From an uncultured delta proteobacterium (GTDB lineage Bacteria > Myxococcota > Myxococcia > Myxococcales > Myxococcaceae), in the NCBI GenBank assembly GCA_963776345.1, contig CAVZMH010000015.1, positions 1-64,000 of the forward strand: DNA of 64,000 nt, written 5' to 3'. Shown here piece by piece: positions 52,656 through 62,644 of this stretch. Position 1 is the stretch's first letter. The number at the start of each line of letters is the position of its first letter. The translations under genes and the position numbers were made by a program. Under the pieces are notes generated by a model. The model had not been told where the DNA came from. It worked only from the letters and a program-made list of their open reading frames with translations, and did not search any database.

Positions 52656-53593
52656 CCGAGACCCACTGGATCCCGGGCATCGTCGTTCTCTCCCTCGGGC
52701 TCATCGGCGGGGCGCTCTACCTCCTGTTCTGGCGCAAGCCTTCCGCGGCCGGCCCGGCCGACCGCGTGAGCGACACCCAGAACCGGGTGGATTCGCTGCT
52801 GGCCCAGCTCCGCGAGCACCAGGGCGAGCGGCACCAGATGGACGCAGCCGCCTGGGAGGCCGAGCGCGACCGGCTGGAGCGGGCGGCGGCGGACGCGATG
52901 CGCACCCGGGACGAGGCGGCCGGGACGCCGGAGAAGTCGGCATCCGGGAAGAAGAAGGAGGCGCCGGCCCCTGCGTCCGCGACGCCCAGCGGCTTCTTCG
53001 GCCGGCACCCACATCTGGTAGGCGCCGCCTGGGGCGCGGGCGTGGTCGTCTTCTTCGGCGCGCTCGGGCTCTGGCTGTCGCAGGACCAGAAGCCGCGGGA
53101 AGCCGGCGACACCGCCACCGGGACCGTGGGCCGGGGCGGCACCGCAGCGGCGGGCCCCGAGGGCGAGGACCGGGACTTCCAGGCCGCGCTGGCCCGGGTG
53201 AAGGACAACCCGGGCTCGGACCTGCCGCTCACCTCCGAGGTGGTGCGCGAGCTCATCAGCCGGAGCGACTTCCAGCAGGCGCTCGAGCTCAACGAGCGGG
53301 CGCTCGCCGCGGATCCGTTCCGGACCGACCTGCGCATCCACCGCGCCTTCCTCAAGGTGGTCCAGGGCGAGAAGGAGGCCGGGATGGCGGAGCTGGGAAA
53401 GATCGCCGACCTCTACCCGGACGGCACCTCCGCGCTCATCTTCCGCGGGATGATCCACATGCAGGCCCGTGAGACCCGCGAGGCGCTGGCCGACTTCGAG
53501 GGCTACCTGGCGGTCACTCCTCCGCAGAACGTCCCGCCACAGATGCGGGCCGGCGTGGCCCAGCTCCGACGCGAGGTCACCGGAGCACCCTGA
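52652..53593 (+). CDS. CcmI/CycH-like TPR protein
   Basis: Two TM segments flanking a helical loop, then TPR-like helices; last overlapping gene of the ccm operon. Confidence 0.72.
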   Translation: MTETHWIPGIVVLSLGLIGGALYLLFWRKPSAAGPADRVSDTQNRVDSLLAQLREHQGERHQMDAAAWEAERDRLERAAADAMRTRDEAAGTPEKSASGKKKEAPAPASATPSGFFGRHPHLVGAAWGAGVVVFFGALGLWLSQDQKPREAGDTATGTVGRGGTAAAGPEGEDRDFQAALARVKDNPGSDLPLTSEVVRELISRSDFQQALELNERALAADPFRTDLRIHRAFLKVVQGEKEAGMAELGKIADLYPDGTSALIFRGMIHMQARETREALADFEGYLAVTPPQNVPPQMRAGVAQLRREVTGAP

Positions 53594-53600
53594 CTCGCCC

Positions 53601-54278
53601 ATGGCCGCGGCCGGCTCCAGCGCACGCCGCCCGGGCGGCGTGATCTTCGATCTCGACGGCACCCTGGCGGACTCGCTGGCGGACATCGCCTCGGCGATGA
53701 ACCGCACCCTCCGGGCGCACGGGTTCCCGGTGCACCCGGTCTCCGCGTACCGGACGTTCGTCGGCGAGGGCGTGCGGAAGCTGGTCGAGCGTGCGCTCCC
53801 GCCGGGCACCGAGGACGTGCGCGAGGCGTTCGTCGCCGCGTACCAGGCGGACTATGCCGAAAATCTCCTGAACGAGACGCGCCTGTTCCCCGGCATCCCC
53901 GAGGTGCTGGACCGGCTCCAGTCGGCGAGCATCCCCGTGGCGGTGTTGAGCAACAAGCCCGAGGAGCCGACGCGGCGGCTGGTGGACACGCTGTGCAGCC
54001 GGTGGGAGTTCCGCGCCGTCTTCGGCGAGCGACCCGGGGTGCCCCGGAAGCCCGATCCGGCCTCCGCGCTCGCGCTGGCCGATGTGCTCGCCGCGCCGCC
54101 GGAGTCGGTGGCCTTCGTCGGCGACACCAGCGTGGACATGCTCACCGCGCGGGCGGCGTCGATGCGCCCCGTCGGCGTGCTCTGGGGCTTCCGGCCGAAG
54201 GAGGTGCTGGCCTCCGGCGCCGAGGCGGCCGGGACCGGCGATGAGCTCGCCCGCATCCTCGGCGTGGATCTGATCTAG
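53601..54278 (+). CDS. HAD-IA hydrolase, phosphoglycolate phosphatase-like
   Basis: IFDLDGTLADS, SNK, KPDP, VGDTSVD. Confidence 0.9.
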   Translation: MAAAGSSARRPGGVIFDLDGTLADSLADIASAMNRTLRAHGFPVHPVSAYRTFVGEGVRKLVERALPPGTEDVREAFVAAYQADYAENLLNETRLFPGIPEVLDRLQSASIPVAVLSNKPEEPTRRLVDTLCSRWEFRAVFGERPGVPRKPDPASALALADVLAAPPESVAFVGDTSVDMLTARAASMRPVGVLWGFRPKEVLASGAEAAGTGDELARILGVDLI

Positions 54279-54312
54279 AAACGCTCCGGGGCGGCGCTAG
54301 GCTCGGTGCCCC

Positions 54313-54780
54313 GTGCCCGCCCACTGGCTGATCAAGAGCGAACCCTCCGCCTACGCCTTCGCCCGGCTTCAGGCCGACGGCCGAACCGAGTGGACCGGCA
54401 TCCGGAACTTCGAGGCGCGGAACAACCTGCGCGCCATGGCCGTGGGGGACCTCTGCCTCTACTACCACTCGACGGAGGAGAAGGCGGTGGTGGGCATCGC
54501 CCGCGTCTCCCGCACTGCGCGGCCGGACCCCACGGCGCCCGGCGAGGACTGGGCCTCGGTGGAGGTCGAGCCGGTGGAGCCGCTCGCGACCCCGGTGACG
54601 CTGGAGCGCATCCGCGCCGACGCCCGCCTCCGCACCTTCCCGCTGCTCACGCGCGGCCGGCTGAGCGTCGCCCCGGTGACCCCGGCGCATTACGCGCGGG
54701 TGCTCGAGCTGTCGCGCCGGCGGCAGACGCCGAGGCGCACGGCCCGCCGGGAGCCCGCGCGCAGGCGCCGGGTCCGCTGA
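54313..54780 (+). CDS. EVE domain protein
   Basis: WLIKSEP, WTGIRNFEARN, YYHS, RLSVAPV. Confidence 0.93.
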   Translation: MPAHWLIKSEPSAYAFARLQADGRTEWTGIRNFEARNNLRAMAVGDLCLYYHSTEEKAVVGIARVSRTARPDPTAPGEDWASVEVEPVEPLATPVTLERIRADARLRTFPLLTRGRLSVAPVTPAHYARVLELSRRRQTPRRTARREPARRRRVR

Positions 54781-54798
54781 GCCACCCGGCGTGTGGGT

Positions 54799-55044
54799 CT
54801 AGGCAACGCTCATGCCACGCAGCCGCACCTCGAGGGCCGCGGCGTCCACCCGGAGGCGGCCGATCTCCTCGCCGTCGAGGGTGATGACCGGGGCGGCATG
54901 TCGGTACCGTTCCCAGGTGTCGGGAGCGTCCCGGATGTCCACCACCTCCAGGGTGAACGGGACCCGGGCCCGGATCTCCTCGAGCACCCGGTGCGCCTCC
55001 TCGCACAGCGAGCACCGGGGTTTCATGTAGATCCGGACCGTCAC
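54799..55044 (-). CDS. Glutaredoxin-like protein (DUF836 type)
   Basis: YMKPRCSLC, VDI...APVI; start approximate. Confidence 0.8.
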   Translation of the reverse strand: MTVRIYMKPRCSLCEEAHRVLEEIRARVPFTLEVVDIRDAPDTWERYRHAAPVITLDGEEIGRLRVDAAALEVRLRGMSVA

Positions 55045-55064
55045 CCCCTGTGACACTAGCGAAC

Positions 55065-56198
55065 ATGCGCGGCCTCTTGGGCGACCTTGCGACGATGCCT
55101 CTCCGGGACCTGGTGGCCTACCTGGGCAACCGGAAGGCGACGGGCACGCTGGTCGTCGAGCGCCCCGACGAGCGGCACCAGGTCGTCATCCGCGAGGGGG
55201 CGGTCATCCAGGCCGGGAGCAACGCCCCGCGCGAGTACCTCGCCCAGTTCCTGATGAACATGGGGATGATCACCGAGGACGAGTACACGCAGGCCTTCCA
55301 GCAACAAGTATCCACCAAGGTCGCCCTGGGGAAGATCTTGGTCGACTCGGGCAAGGTCCCGGAGGACGCCGTCCGCAACGCGCTCTCGCTCAAGTTCCGC
55401 GAGGCGCTGCTCGGCTGCTTCGACTGGAGCGAGGGGCGCTTTTCCTTCACCCCGGGCGACGCCCCCACCCCGGTGCAGGGGCTCGACGTGAGCGTGAGCC
55501 TGCTCGACGTGCACCGCGAGGCGGACCTCCGGCAGACCGCGTGGCGCGCCATCCGCGAGGTCTTCCCCACCGGACGCGTCCGGCTTCGCCTGGACCGCGA
55601 GCAGCTGGCCGGCCCACCCGAGCCCGGGAGCCTCGACGACCGGCTGTACGCGCTCATCGAGGAGGGAGCGACCATCGACGACATGGTGCTCGCGCTCCAC
55701 TCCACCGACTTCTTCCTCTACCAGCGGCTGTTCGCGCTGCACCGCCTCGGTGCGGTCTCCGTCGTCCCCACCGAGTCACCCACCGTGCCCACCGAGGTGC
55801 CCGAGGTTCTCGGCTCGGAGCAGGGCCCCGAGGAGATCCTCCGCGCCGCCGAGGCCTTCTTCGCCGCCGGCAACGTCGTCGACGCCGCCTCGCTGGCCCG
55901 ACGGGCCTACGAGGTCTCCCCGTCGACCCAGACCGCCAACTTCCTCCGGCAGGCCGAGGCGGGGCTCGCCGAGCAGCTCAAGGCCGAGCTGGCCCACGCC
56001 GGAAAGGTGCCGCACCTCCGGGTCACGCCGGCGCTGGTCAAGGAGATGCCGCTCACCGCCCCGGAGCGCTACCTCCTGTCGCGCATCGACGGGCGACGGA
56101 CGGTGCAGGCCATCGTCCAGGTCTCGCCGATCCACGAGCTGGACGCGCTCCGCTGCTTCAAGGGGTTCGTCGATCAGGGGCTGATCGAGCTTCGCTGA
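55065..56198 (+). CDS. DUF4388 domain protein
   Basis: GDLATMPLRDL...TGTL, WSEGRFSF, LLSRIDGRRTV. Confidence 0.82.
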   Translation: MRGLLGDLATMPLRDLVAYLGNRKATGTLVVERPDERHQVVIREGAVIQAGSNAPREYLAQFLMNMGMITEDEYTQAFQQQVSTKVALGKILVDSGKVPEDAVRNALSLKFREALLGCFDWSEGRFSFTPGDAPTPVQGLDVSVSLLDVHREADLRQTAWRAIREVFPTGRVRLRLDREQLAGPPEPGSLDDRLYALIEEGATIDDMVLALHSTDFFLYQRLFALHRLGAVSVVPTESPTVPTEVPEVLGSEQGPEEILRAAEAFFAAGNVVDAASLARRAYEVSPSTQTANFLRQAEAGLAEQLKAELAHAGKVPHLRVTPALVKEMPLTAPERYLLSRIDGRRTVQAIVQVSPIHELDALRCFKGFVDQGLIELR

Positions 56199-57435
56199 CC
56201 GCCGCGAGCCGCCTCTCCCCGCTCCGCCCCACCGCGTCCAGCCCCAGCCGCATCGCCTCGCGCGCCAGCCACGGCGCGCGGATGCGCCAGCGCGGCTCGT
56301 TCACCACCACCGCGGCGACGGCGATCCGGGGGTCGTCCTTGGGAGCGAAGCCGACGAACCAGGAGTAGTCGCGGAAGGGGTTCCGGTCGGCCAGCGAGCC
56401 CGTCTTCCCCACCGCCCCGCGGAGCTCGCGCAGCCGGAAGAAGCGGCGGGCCGTGCCGTGGGTCACCGTCGCCTCCATCATCCCGGTCAGCGCCGCCGCC
56501 CGCTCCTCGCTCACGATCCGCTCGGGGTCGGGCGCGGCGGCGAGGTCGCGCTCGAGGAGGATCGGCGCCCGCCAGAGTCCGTGGTTGGCGGCGACGGAGG
56601 CGATGAGCGCGCCGTGCAGCGGGGAGAGGAACACGTCGCCGAAGCCCGCCCCGGTGCGCGCCAGCTCCAGCGGCTCGTCGGGGACCGCCGCCAGCGAGGG
56701 CTCGGTGGGGATGGCGAAGGGGATGGGGGTGTTGAAACGGAACAGCTCGGCGGCGGCGCGTAGCTTGTCCGCGTCCAGGTAGCGGTGGGTCAGCTTGGCG
56801 AAGACGACGTTGGCGCTGCGGCCCAGCGCCTCGGAGAGGCTGACGCACTGCCGGTCCCGGCTCGAGTCGGTGAGCAGCGACTCGCTCACCCGCCGCTTCC
56901 CTCCGTGGTAGCAGGACTCGTCCTCGGGGCTGACGCCCTCCTCGAGCAACGCGCTGGCGGTCACCAGCTTGAAGATGCTCGCCGCGGGGAACACCGCCTT
57001 CACCGGGAGCCCCCGGAGACCCGGCGCCACCTCGCTGTGCTCGACCATCGCCAGCACCCGGCCGGTGGACGGCTCGAGAACCACCACCGCTGCCCAGGGC
57101 GTCTGGTACTCGGCGAGGGTGTGGGAGAGGCTCTCTTGAAGCGCGGGGAGCAAGGTGAGCGCCGCCTCACCCTCCGGGCCCGACACGACGTAGTGCGATC
57201 CGTCCCGGCGGGCGCGCGCGATGAGGTCCTCGGCGGCGGAGAGCGGCCGGACCGAGGCGAGCGGCGGGGTCTTCACGCGGCTCGGCACCGGGAGGGGCGG
57301 CGCCGGGGCCGGCTCGGAGGCCACGGCGGGAGCGGCGATGGGCCCGGGGAGGGTGGCTGGATCGAGCGCCTCGTCCTCGGGGGTGAAGCCGGTCAGCAGC
57401 ACGGCGAGGACCGAGAGGGAGATCGCAGCGCGCAT
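56158..57435 (-). CDS. Penicillin-binding protein, transpeptidase domain only
   Basis: SxxK (SIFK), SxN (SAN), KTG; signal peptide and Pro-rich linker. Confidence 0.88.
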   Translation of the reverse strand: MRAAISLSVLAVLLTGFTPEDEALDPATLPGPIAAPAVASEPAPAPPLPVPSRVKTPPLASVRPLSAAEDLIARARRDGSHYVVSGPEGEAALTLLPALQESLSHTLAEYQTPWAAVVVLEPSTGRVLAMVEHSEVAPGLRGLPVKAVFPAASIFKLVTASALLEEGVSPEDESCYHGGKRRVSESLLTDSSRDRQCVSLSEALGRSANVVFAKLTHRYLDADKLRAAAELFRFNTPIPFAIPTEPSLAAVPDEPLELARTGAGFGDVFLSPLHGALIASVAANHGLWRAPILLERDLAAAPDPERIVSEERAAALTGMMEATVTHGTARRFFRLRELRGAVGKTGSLADRNPFRDYSWFVGFAPKDDPRIAVAAVVVNEPRWRIRAPWLAREAMRLGLDAVGRSGERRLAAVSEARSAPDRRTP

Positions 57436-57512
57436 GTCCCGCCATCGTACGACGGCTCCCCGCAACCGGTGAAGACTTCGGCCGGCCTCCTCTGGTAGGC
57501 CCTGGGCCCACG

Positions 57513-58376
57513 TTGAGCCCCCTCCCCGAATTGCTGGCCGTCACCCGCACCGAGCTGCTCCGGAACGTCCGGAATGCGCGGGTGCTGGTCCTGCTCCTGC
57601 TCTTCGCTACCTCCACCGCCCTGGTGGGTCTGGTGGTGGGCCTGTTGACCCGGGGGCTCGATGCCCAGGGCCCCGAGGCCGCCGCGGCCGCCAGCGCCGG
57701 CATCCTCGGCTTCCTGGTGGGCGACGACGGCGGCGCGTTCCAGCGCCTCTCAGAGCTGCCGCTGCTCATCCCCCTGGTCTTCCGGGTGAGCCTGTTCTTC
57801 CTCCCGCTCTTCATCGCCCTGCTGGGGTACGACCAGCTCAGCGCCGAGCTCTCCACGGGGAGCGTGCGCTACCTCGCGGTGCGAGCCCGCCGGGGGAGCA
57901 TCCTCGGCGGGAAGTTCGTCGCCCAGGCCCTGGTCCTCGGGGTGCTGCTCGGGGTCGTCGTTGTGGGGCTCTTCGTGGCCGGGGTGGGCCTCCGCCCGGA
58001 GCTCGAGCCCCTGCCGTATGCCTCGGCCGCGGCCCGCTTCTGGGTGGGGGGTGCAACCCTCGCCTTCAGCTACCTGGCGCTCACCGCGCTGTCCTCGGCG
58101 GTGACGTCGAGCCCCGGGGGCAGCCTGCTCCTCAACGTCGGCGCGCTCTTCTCGTTCTGGCTCCTGGACGCCGTCGGCGGCCGGGCGGCGGTGGTGCACC
58201 GGATGGGCGGCCCGGCGTCGTGGACCGAGAGCCTCCGCTGGCTGTCCCCCTCGGCATACGCGTCGGGGGTCCTCGGGTCGTCGTCGGCGCTGGTCACCTC
58301 GGCCATCGCCTACGGCGTGTTCGGGGGCGTGTTCCTCGCCGTCGCCTGGGCGGCGTTCCGGGTGAGGGACCTGTGA
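57513..58376 (+). CDS. ABC-2 type exporter permease
   Basis: Six TM segments; ELSTGSVRYL...GKF. Confidence 0.82.
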   Translation: MSPLPELLAVTRTELLRNVRNARVLVLLLLFATSTALVGLVVGLLTRGLDAQGPEAAAAASAGILGFLVGDDGGAFQRLSELPLLIPLVFRVSLFFLPLFIALLGYDQLSAELSTGSVRYLAVRARRGSILGGKFVAQALVLGVLLGVVVVGLFVAGVGLRPELEPLPYASAAARFWVGGATLAFSYLALTALSSAVTSSPGGSLLLNVGALFSFWLLDAVGGRAAVVHRMGGPASWTESLRWLSPSAYASGVLGSSSALVTSAIAYGVFGGVFLAVAWAAFRVRDL

Positions 58377-59308
58377 CGGTGGACGCGGCGCTCATCCTCG
58401 ATGGCGTGTCGAAGCGGTACGGGACGACGCTGGCCCTCGACCGGGTGAGCTTCCAGGTGCGCACCGGGAGCTGCCACGGGCTCGTGGGGCCCAACGGCGC
58501 GGGGAAGACGACCACGTTCGGGCTGGCCGCCGGCTTCCTCCGCGCGGGCACGGGCACCCTGCGGGTGCTGGGCAGGGATCCGCACGACCGCGGCCCTGCC
58601 CGGCCGCGGATCGGCGTCCTCCCCCAGGACGCCGCCCTGCCCTCCTACCTCGACGTCGGCACGCTGCTCACCTCCTGGGCGGGGCTGTCCGGCGAGGACC
58701 GGCCCGAGGCCGCGGCGCGCATCGCGCTCGACCGCGTCCAGCTTCCCCAGGTCTGGGACGCCTCGCCCCGGGCCCTCTCGCACGGGGTGGCCAAGCGGGT
58801 GGCGCTCGCCCAGGCGCTGCTCGGCGACCCGGCGCTGCTCCTCCTGGACGAGCCCACGGCCGGCCTCGACCCGCGTGCCGCCGCCGAAGTTCGTTCGCTC
58901 CTCGCCGGCCTGCGAGGCCAGCGGACGGTGGTCATCAGCAGTCACAACCTCTCGGAGCTGGAGCGGCTCTGCGACGCGGTGACGGTGCTGGACAGGGGCA
59001 AGGTGGTCCAGGACGGCACGCTGGCCGAGGTGACCCGGCGAGGCGCGGAGTTCTCGGTCCAGGTCACCCGCGGGGACGTCCCACTTCCCGAGCTCCGGGC
59101 GCTGGCCGGGGTGGCCGGGGTGGAGCTGTCACCGGCCGGGCGTCTCGCGGTCCGGCTGTCTCCCGATGCCCCACCCGCCGAGGACGTGATCGCCGCGGTG
59201 CTCGAGGCGCTCCTTGCCCGCGGGGTGCGCATCACCTCGCTGGCCCAGGGCAGCTCGCTCGAGCAGCGGGTGCTGGACGTGACCGGACCTCCCGGTCAGT
59301 CCGGGTAG
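58373..59308 (+). CDS. ABC transporter ATP-binding protein
   Basis: GPNGAGKTT, LSHG signature, LLDEPTAGLDP, SSH. Confidence 0.92.
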   Translation: MTVDAALILDGVSKRYGTTLALDRVSFQVRTGSCHGLVGPNGAGKTTTFGLAAGFLRAGTGTLRVLGRDPHDRGPARPRIGVLPQDAALPSYLDVGTLLTSWAGLSGEDRPEAAARIALDRVQLPQVWDASPRALSHGVAKRVALAQALLGDPALLLLDEPTAGLDPRAAAEVRSLLAGLRGQRTVVISSHNLSELERLCDAVTVLDRGKVVQDGTLAEVTRRGAEFSVQVTRGDVPLPELRALAGVAGVELSPAGRLAVRLSPDAPPAEDVIAAVLEALLARGVRITSLAQGSSLEQRVLDVTGPPGQSG

Positions 59309-60318
59309 AAGAGCGGCTCTCGCTCGGCGACGAAACGGTGCAGGGCCTGGGCGGTCTCGGCGCGCAGCTCCAGGAAGCGCACTCCCACCCCGGGGAAGAG
59401 CTGGGGGGAGCGCTCGTCGAGCTCCCGGGTCCACCGGACCTCGCCCTGCACCGTGATCGAGGCCTCGCCGGGCAGGGTGAAGGTCAGATCCACCGGCGTG
59501 CCTACCGGGAGGACGTTGACGGTGGCGACGAACAGCCCACCCTCGCCGATGTCGGTGCTGAACCCGGTGAAGAGGTTCGACTCGCTCGAGAAGTTCACCT
59601 GGGTCTTCAGGGGAATCCGCGCGCCGGCGCGGCCGATCGCGACCGAGCCGGGTGCGGACATCTTCCCGAGCGCCTGGCTCCCAGGACGGGGGCGGACCGG
59701 TCCCGCGGCCTGCACGGCCCGGGAGGGCTCGGGCTGGGGAGCGGCCTCGGGGGCGGGCCCAGCGGCGCGTGCGGCACGCGCGGCGGCCTCAGCGTCACGG
59801 CGGGCGCGCGCCTGCGCCTCCCGCTGCTCCACCTCGCGGCGCTCGGCCTGCTTCCGGGCCAGCTCCGCCTGGGCCTCCGCGGCGGCGGCCTCCACCCGCT
59901 CCAGCTCGGCGGCGTCACGGGCCAGCCCGGCGCGGTGCTCGTCGAGCGCCGAGGCGCTGGCCTGCAGGAGCACCCGGGCCGTCTCCACCGCCCTCGCCCG
60001 GGCAGCGAGTGCCTGGCTGCGCGCGGCCATGGCCTCGGACGACGGGCCGGAGAGATCGGGACACTCGAGCCGGTGGCTGTGGAACCGGGCCAGGAGCCAC
60101 TCCGCCTCGGGGTGGCCGGCCTGCTGCAGCTGCGCGGCGCGATCGATCAGCGCCCGGGCGTCGGCCGCGAGCTGGACCAGGGAGCGGGCGAGCGCGTCGG
60201 CGTCGACGGCGATGGCGCGCTCGGCGTCGAGCGCGGACTGCTCGCGCTCGAGGAGCCCTCCGTCGGCAGGCGCCGGGACCGGATCGACGCTGGGGACGGC
60301 TGCGTGGCGAAGTCTCAT
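59296..60318 (-). CDS. Coiled-coil plus TIGR02266-type PilZ domain protein
   Basis: RAGAR (RxxxR), SESNLFTGFSTDIGEGGLFVAT, GEVRW, GVGVRF. Confidence 0.85.
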   Translation of the reverse strand: MRLRHAAVPSVDPVPAPADGGLLEREQSALDAERAIAVDADALARSLVQLAADARALIDRAAQLQQAGHPEAEWLLARFHSHRLECPDLSGPSSEAMAARSQALAARARAVETARVLLQASASALDEHRAGLARDAAELERVEAAAAEAQAELARKQAERREVEQREAQARARRDAEAAARAARAAGPAPEAAPQPEPSRAVQAAGPVRPRPGSQALGKMSAPGSVAIGRAGARIPLKTQVNFSSESNLFTGFSTDIGEGGLFVATVNVLPVGTPVDLTFTLPGEASITVQGEVRWTRELDERSPQLFPGVGVRFLELRAETAQALHRFVAEREPLFYPD

Positions 60319-60362
60319 GGCCCACGGGTCACTTCAAGCCCGGTGCCAGCGCCGCCGGGCCG

Positions 60363-60650
60363 TCATCCCGCGGTGTTGGACTCCTGCCCCCCCGGGGTCC
60401 CCGGAACCCAATCCCGCCCCCGAGAGGTCAGCTCGACCCGGATCCGCCACCCACCGGGACCCCGGTCCGCGGACAGAACGCGGTGGCCGAACCGCGTGCA
60501 CCACACGTCCACGTCCGGGCCGATGGCCGGGTCCGAGCCGGTGAGGTCCACCAGATCGCCGGCATCCAGTCCGCGGGCGCACTCGGCGAGTCGCACGATG
60601 GGCAGAGGACAGGGCAGCGCCCCGACCCGAAGCTGGACGACCCGGGCCAT
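60363..60650 (-). CDS. TusA/SirA-like sulfurtransferase
   Basis: CPLP motif, DP...DV..WC...GH. Confidence 0.7.
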   Translation of the reverse strand: MARVVQLRVGALPCPLPIVRLAECARGLDAGDLVDLTGSDPAIGPDVDVWCTRFGHRVLSADRGPGGWRIRVELTSRGRDWVPGTPGGQESNTAG

Positions 60651-60707
60651 GCCGGAGTATCCCTACCACGCCCGCCCCAGCTCTCCCGAGGAGCGGCTCT
60701 ACCCACC

Positions 60708-62069
60708 ATGAAAGTCAGCGCGATTCTCACCCTCTTCGCGGGGCTCATCCTGGGCTTCTTCATCGGCCAGGCCACCCGCAGCTCCGTCCCGTCCAGTGTG
60801 ACCCAGCGCCCGGGGACGACGCCCACCCGCCCCCGGCCGACGCCGGATGCAGCCGCGTACCGGCTCCCGCTGGAGGACTCGCCGGTGCGCGGCCCCGCCG
60901 ACGCGCTGGTGACGCTGATGGAGTTCAGCGACTACCAGTGCCCCTACTGCCGGCAGGCGCACGCCACCGTCACCCAGGTGGAGAAGAAATACGCGGGCAA
61001 GATACGGCTGGTGATGAAGCAGTACCCCCTCCCCTTCCACCCGCAGGCCCGGCCGGCGGCGCTGGCCGCCATCGCCGCGGGGATGCAGGGCCGGTACTGG
61101 GAGATGCACGACCGGCTCTTCGCCTCGCCCCAGCTCGACCCCGAGACCCTCGAGCGGTACGCGAAGGAGATCGGCCTCGACGTCGAGCGCTGGAAGCACG
61201 ACCAGAACGACCCGAAGGTCGCCGCCATCATCCAGCGGGACATGGACCTCGCCACCAACGTGAACGTCAGCGGCACCCCCGCCTTCTTCGTGAACGGCCG
61301 GCGGCTCCCGGGCGGCGCGGCCCCGCTGGATGCCTTCAGCGCCCTCGTCGACGAGGAGCTGGCCAAGGCCGAGGCGATGGTGCGCCAGGGCGTCCCGGCG
61401 AGCCAGGTGTACGCCCGGCTTCAGGAGAAGTCGCTGGCCTCGGCCATCCCGCCGCCGGTCATCAAGAAGGTGGACGTCCCGGCCGACGCCGCGACGTTCG
61501 GCCCGGCGGTGGCCAAGGTCACCATCGTGGAGTGGAGCGACTTCCAGTGCCCGTTCTGCGCCCGGGCGGCGCCGCTGGTGGAGCAGATCCGCCAGGCGTA
61601 CCCGAAGGACGTGCGCTTCGTGTTCCTGCACTACCCGCTGCCGATGCACCCGGACGCGCCGACAGCGGCGAGGGCCGGCGTCGCCGCGCAGGCGCAGGGC
61701 AAGTTCTGGCCGATGCACGACTGGATGTACGCCCACCAGCGGGAGCTGGACTCGGCGTCGCTGGAGAAGGCGGCCGGCTCGCTGGGGCTCGACGTGGCGA
61801 AGTTCAAGGCCGCGATGGGTAGCCCCGCCACCGAGGCGCGGGTGAAGGCGGACATGCAGGCCGCGCAGGCGATCGGCGTCTCGGCCACCCCCACCTTCTT
61901 CGTGAACGGCCGGGAGCACGTGGGCGGCATGCCCTTCGAGCAGCTGAAGACGGAGATCGACCGGGAGATCGCCCGGGCGGACAAGCTCCTGTCCTCGGGC
62001 GTGAAGCCGGCCGACCTCTACGGGCGGCTGGTGGCGGACGCGGCCGGGCCCTCCGGCGCGCGGAACTGA
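60708..62069 (+). CDS. Tandem two-domain DsbA/Com1-like oxidoreductase
   Basis: EFSDYQCPYC and EWSDFQCPFC, each with a TP.FFVNG cis-Pro loop; N-terminal anchor. Confidence 0.92.
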   Translation: MKVSAILTLFAGLILGFFIGQATRSSVPSSVTQRPGTTPTRPRPTPDAAAYRLPLEDSPVRGPADALVTLMEFSDYQCPYCRQAHATVTQVEKKYAGKIRLVMKQYPLPFHPQARPAALAAIAAGMQGRYWEMHDRLFASPQLDPETLERYAKEIGLDVERWKHDQNDPKVAAIIQRDMDLATNVNVSGTPAFFVNGRRLPGGAAPLDAFSALVDEELAKAEAMVRQGVPASQVYARLQEKSLASAIPPPVIKKVDVPADAATFGPAVAKVTIVEWSDFQCPFCARAAPLVEQIRQAYPKDVRFVFLHYPLPMHPDAPTAARAGVAAQAQGKFWPMHDWMYAHQRELDSASLEKAAGSLGLDVAKFKAAMGSPATEARVKADMQAAQAIGVSATPTFFVNGREHVGGMPFEQLKTEIDREIARADKLLSSGVKPADLYGRLVADAAGPSGARN

Positions 62070-62078
62070 CCGCCGCCC

Positions 62079-62465
62079 TCAGCCCACGGCGATCGCGTCG
62101 ATCTCCACCCGGGCGCCCTTGGGGAGTCCGGCCACCTGCACCGTGGCCCGCGCCGGGGGTGCGGTGCGGAACGCCTGGCCGTAGACCTTGTTGACCGCGG
62201 CGAAGTCCCCGAGGTCCACCAGGAAGATGGTGCAGCGGACGACGTGATCGAAGGACACCCCGGCGGCGGTGAGCACCGCCCCGAGGTTCTTCATCACCTG
62301 CGCGGTCTGGGCGCTCACGTCCCCGGAGACGAGCTCGCCGGTCGCCGGGTCGAGCGGGATCTGCCCAGAGAGGAACACCATCCGCGAGGCGGGCACGGCG
62401 ATCGCCTGCGAGTAGGGGCCGATGGCCCTGGGCGCCTGGAGGGACTCGATGACGGACCGGTGCAT
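62079..62465 (-). CDS. ridA: RidA family enamine/imine deaminase
   Basis: APRAIGPYSQA, SGQIP, PARATV..LP..ARVEI. Confidence 0.93.
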   Translation of the reverse strand: MHRSVIESLQAPRAIGPYSQAIAVPASRMVFLSGQIPLDPATGELVSGDVSAQTAQVMKNLGAVLTAAGVSFDHVVRCTIFLVDLGDFAAVNKVYGQAFRTAPPARATVQVAGLPKGARVEIDAIAVG

Positions 62466-62644
62466 GGCCCGCCTGCTACTCCGGCGCACCCGGACGGCGC
62501 AACTCGCCTGGGTGAAGCCTGCCCCGGACCCGAGCGTTGACCCGCCGGCGCGCCCGACCCGCTCCGGCTCAACCAGGCGTCCCGCCTCGGGCCGCACGCG
62601 GCAGGAGGCGTCGGCTGGCCCGTTGCAAGCACATCGGGGACCGC

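Noticed and set aside
54313..54780. EVE protein as part of a modification-dependent defence system
   Set aside because: Stand-alone domain with no neighbouring nuclease or toxin.
60333..60348. Second sigma54 promoter before the PilZ gene (TGGCACCGGGCTTGAA, minus strand)
   Set aside because: The -12 reads GA rather than GC, and the start site would leave almost no leader.
62505..62579. Imperfect inverted repeat between ridA and the hypothetical gene as a MITE
   Set aside because: Single copy, short, with no target-site duplication; plausible by chance at this GC content.
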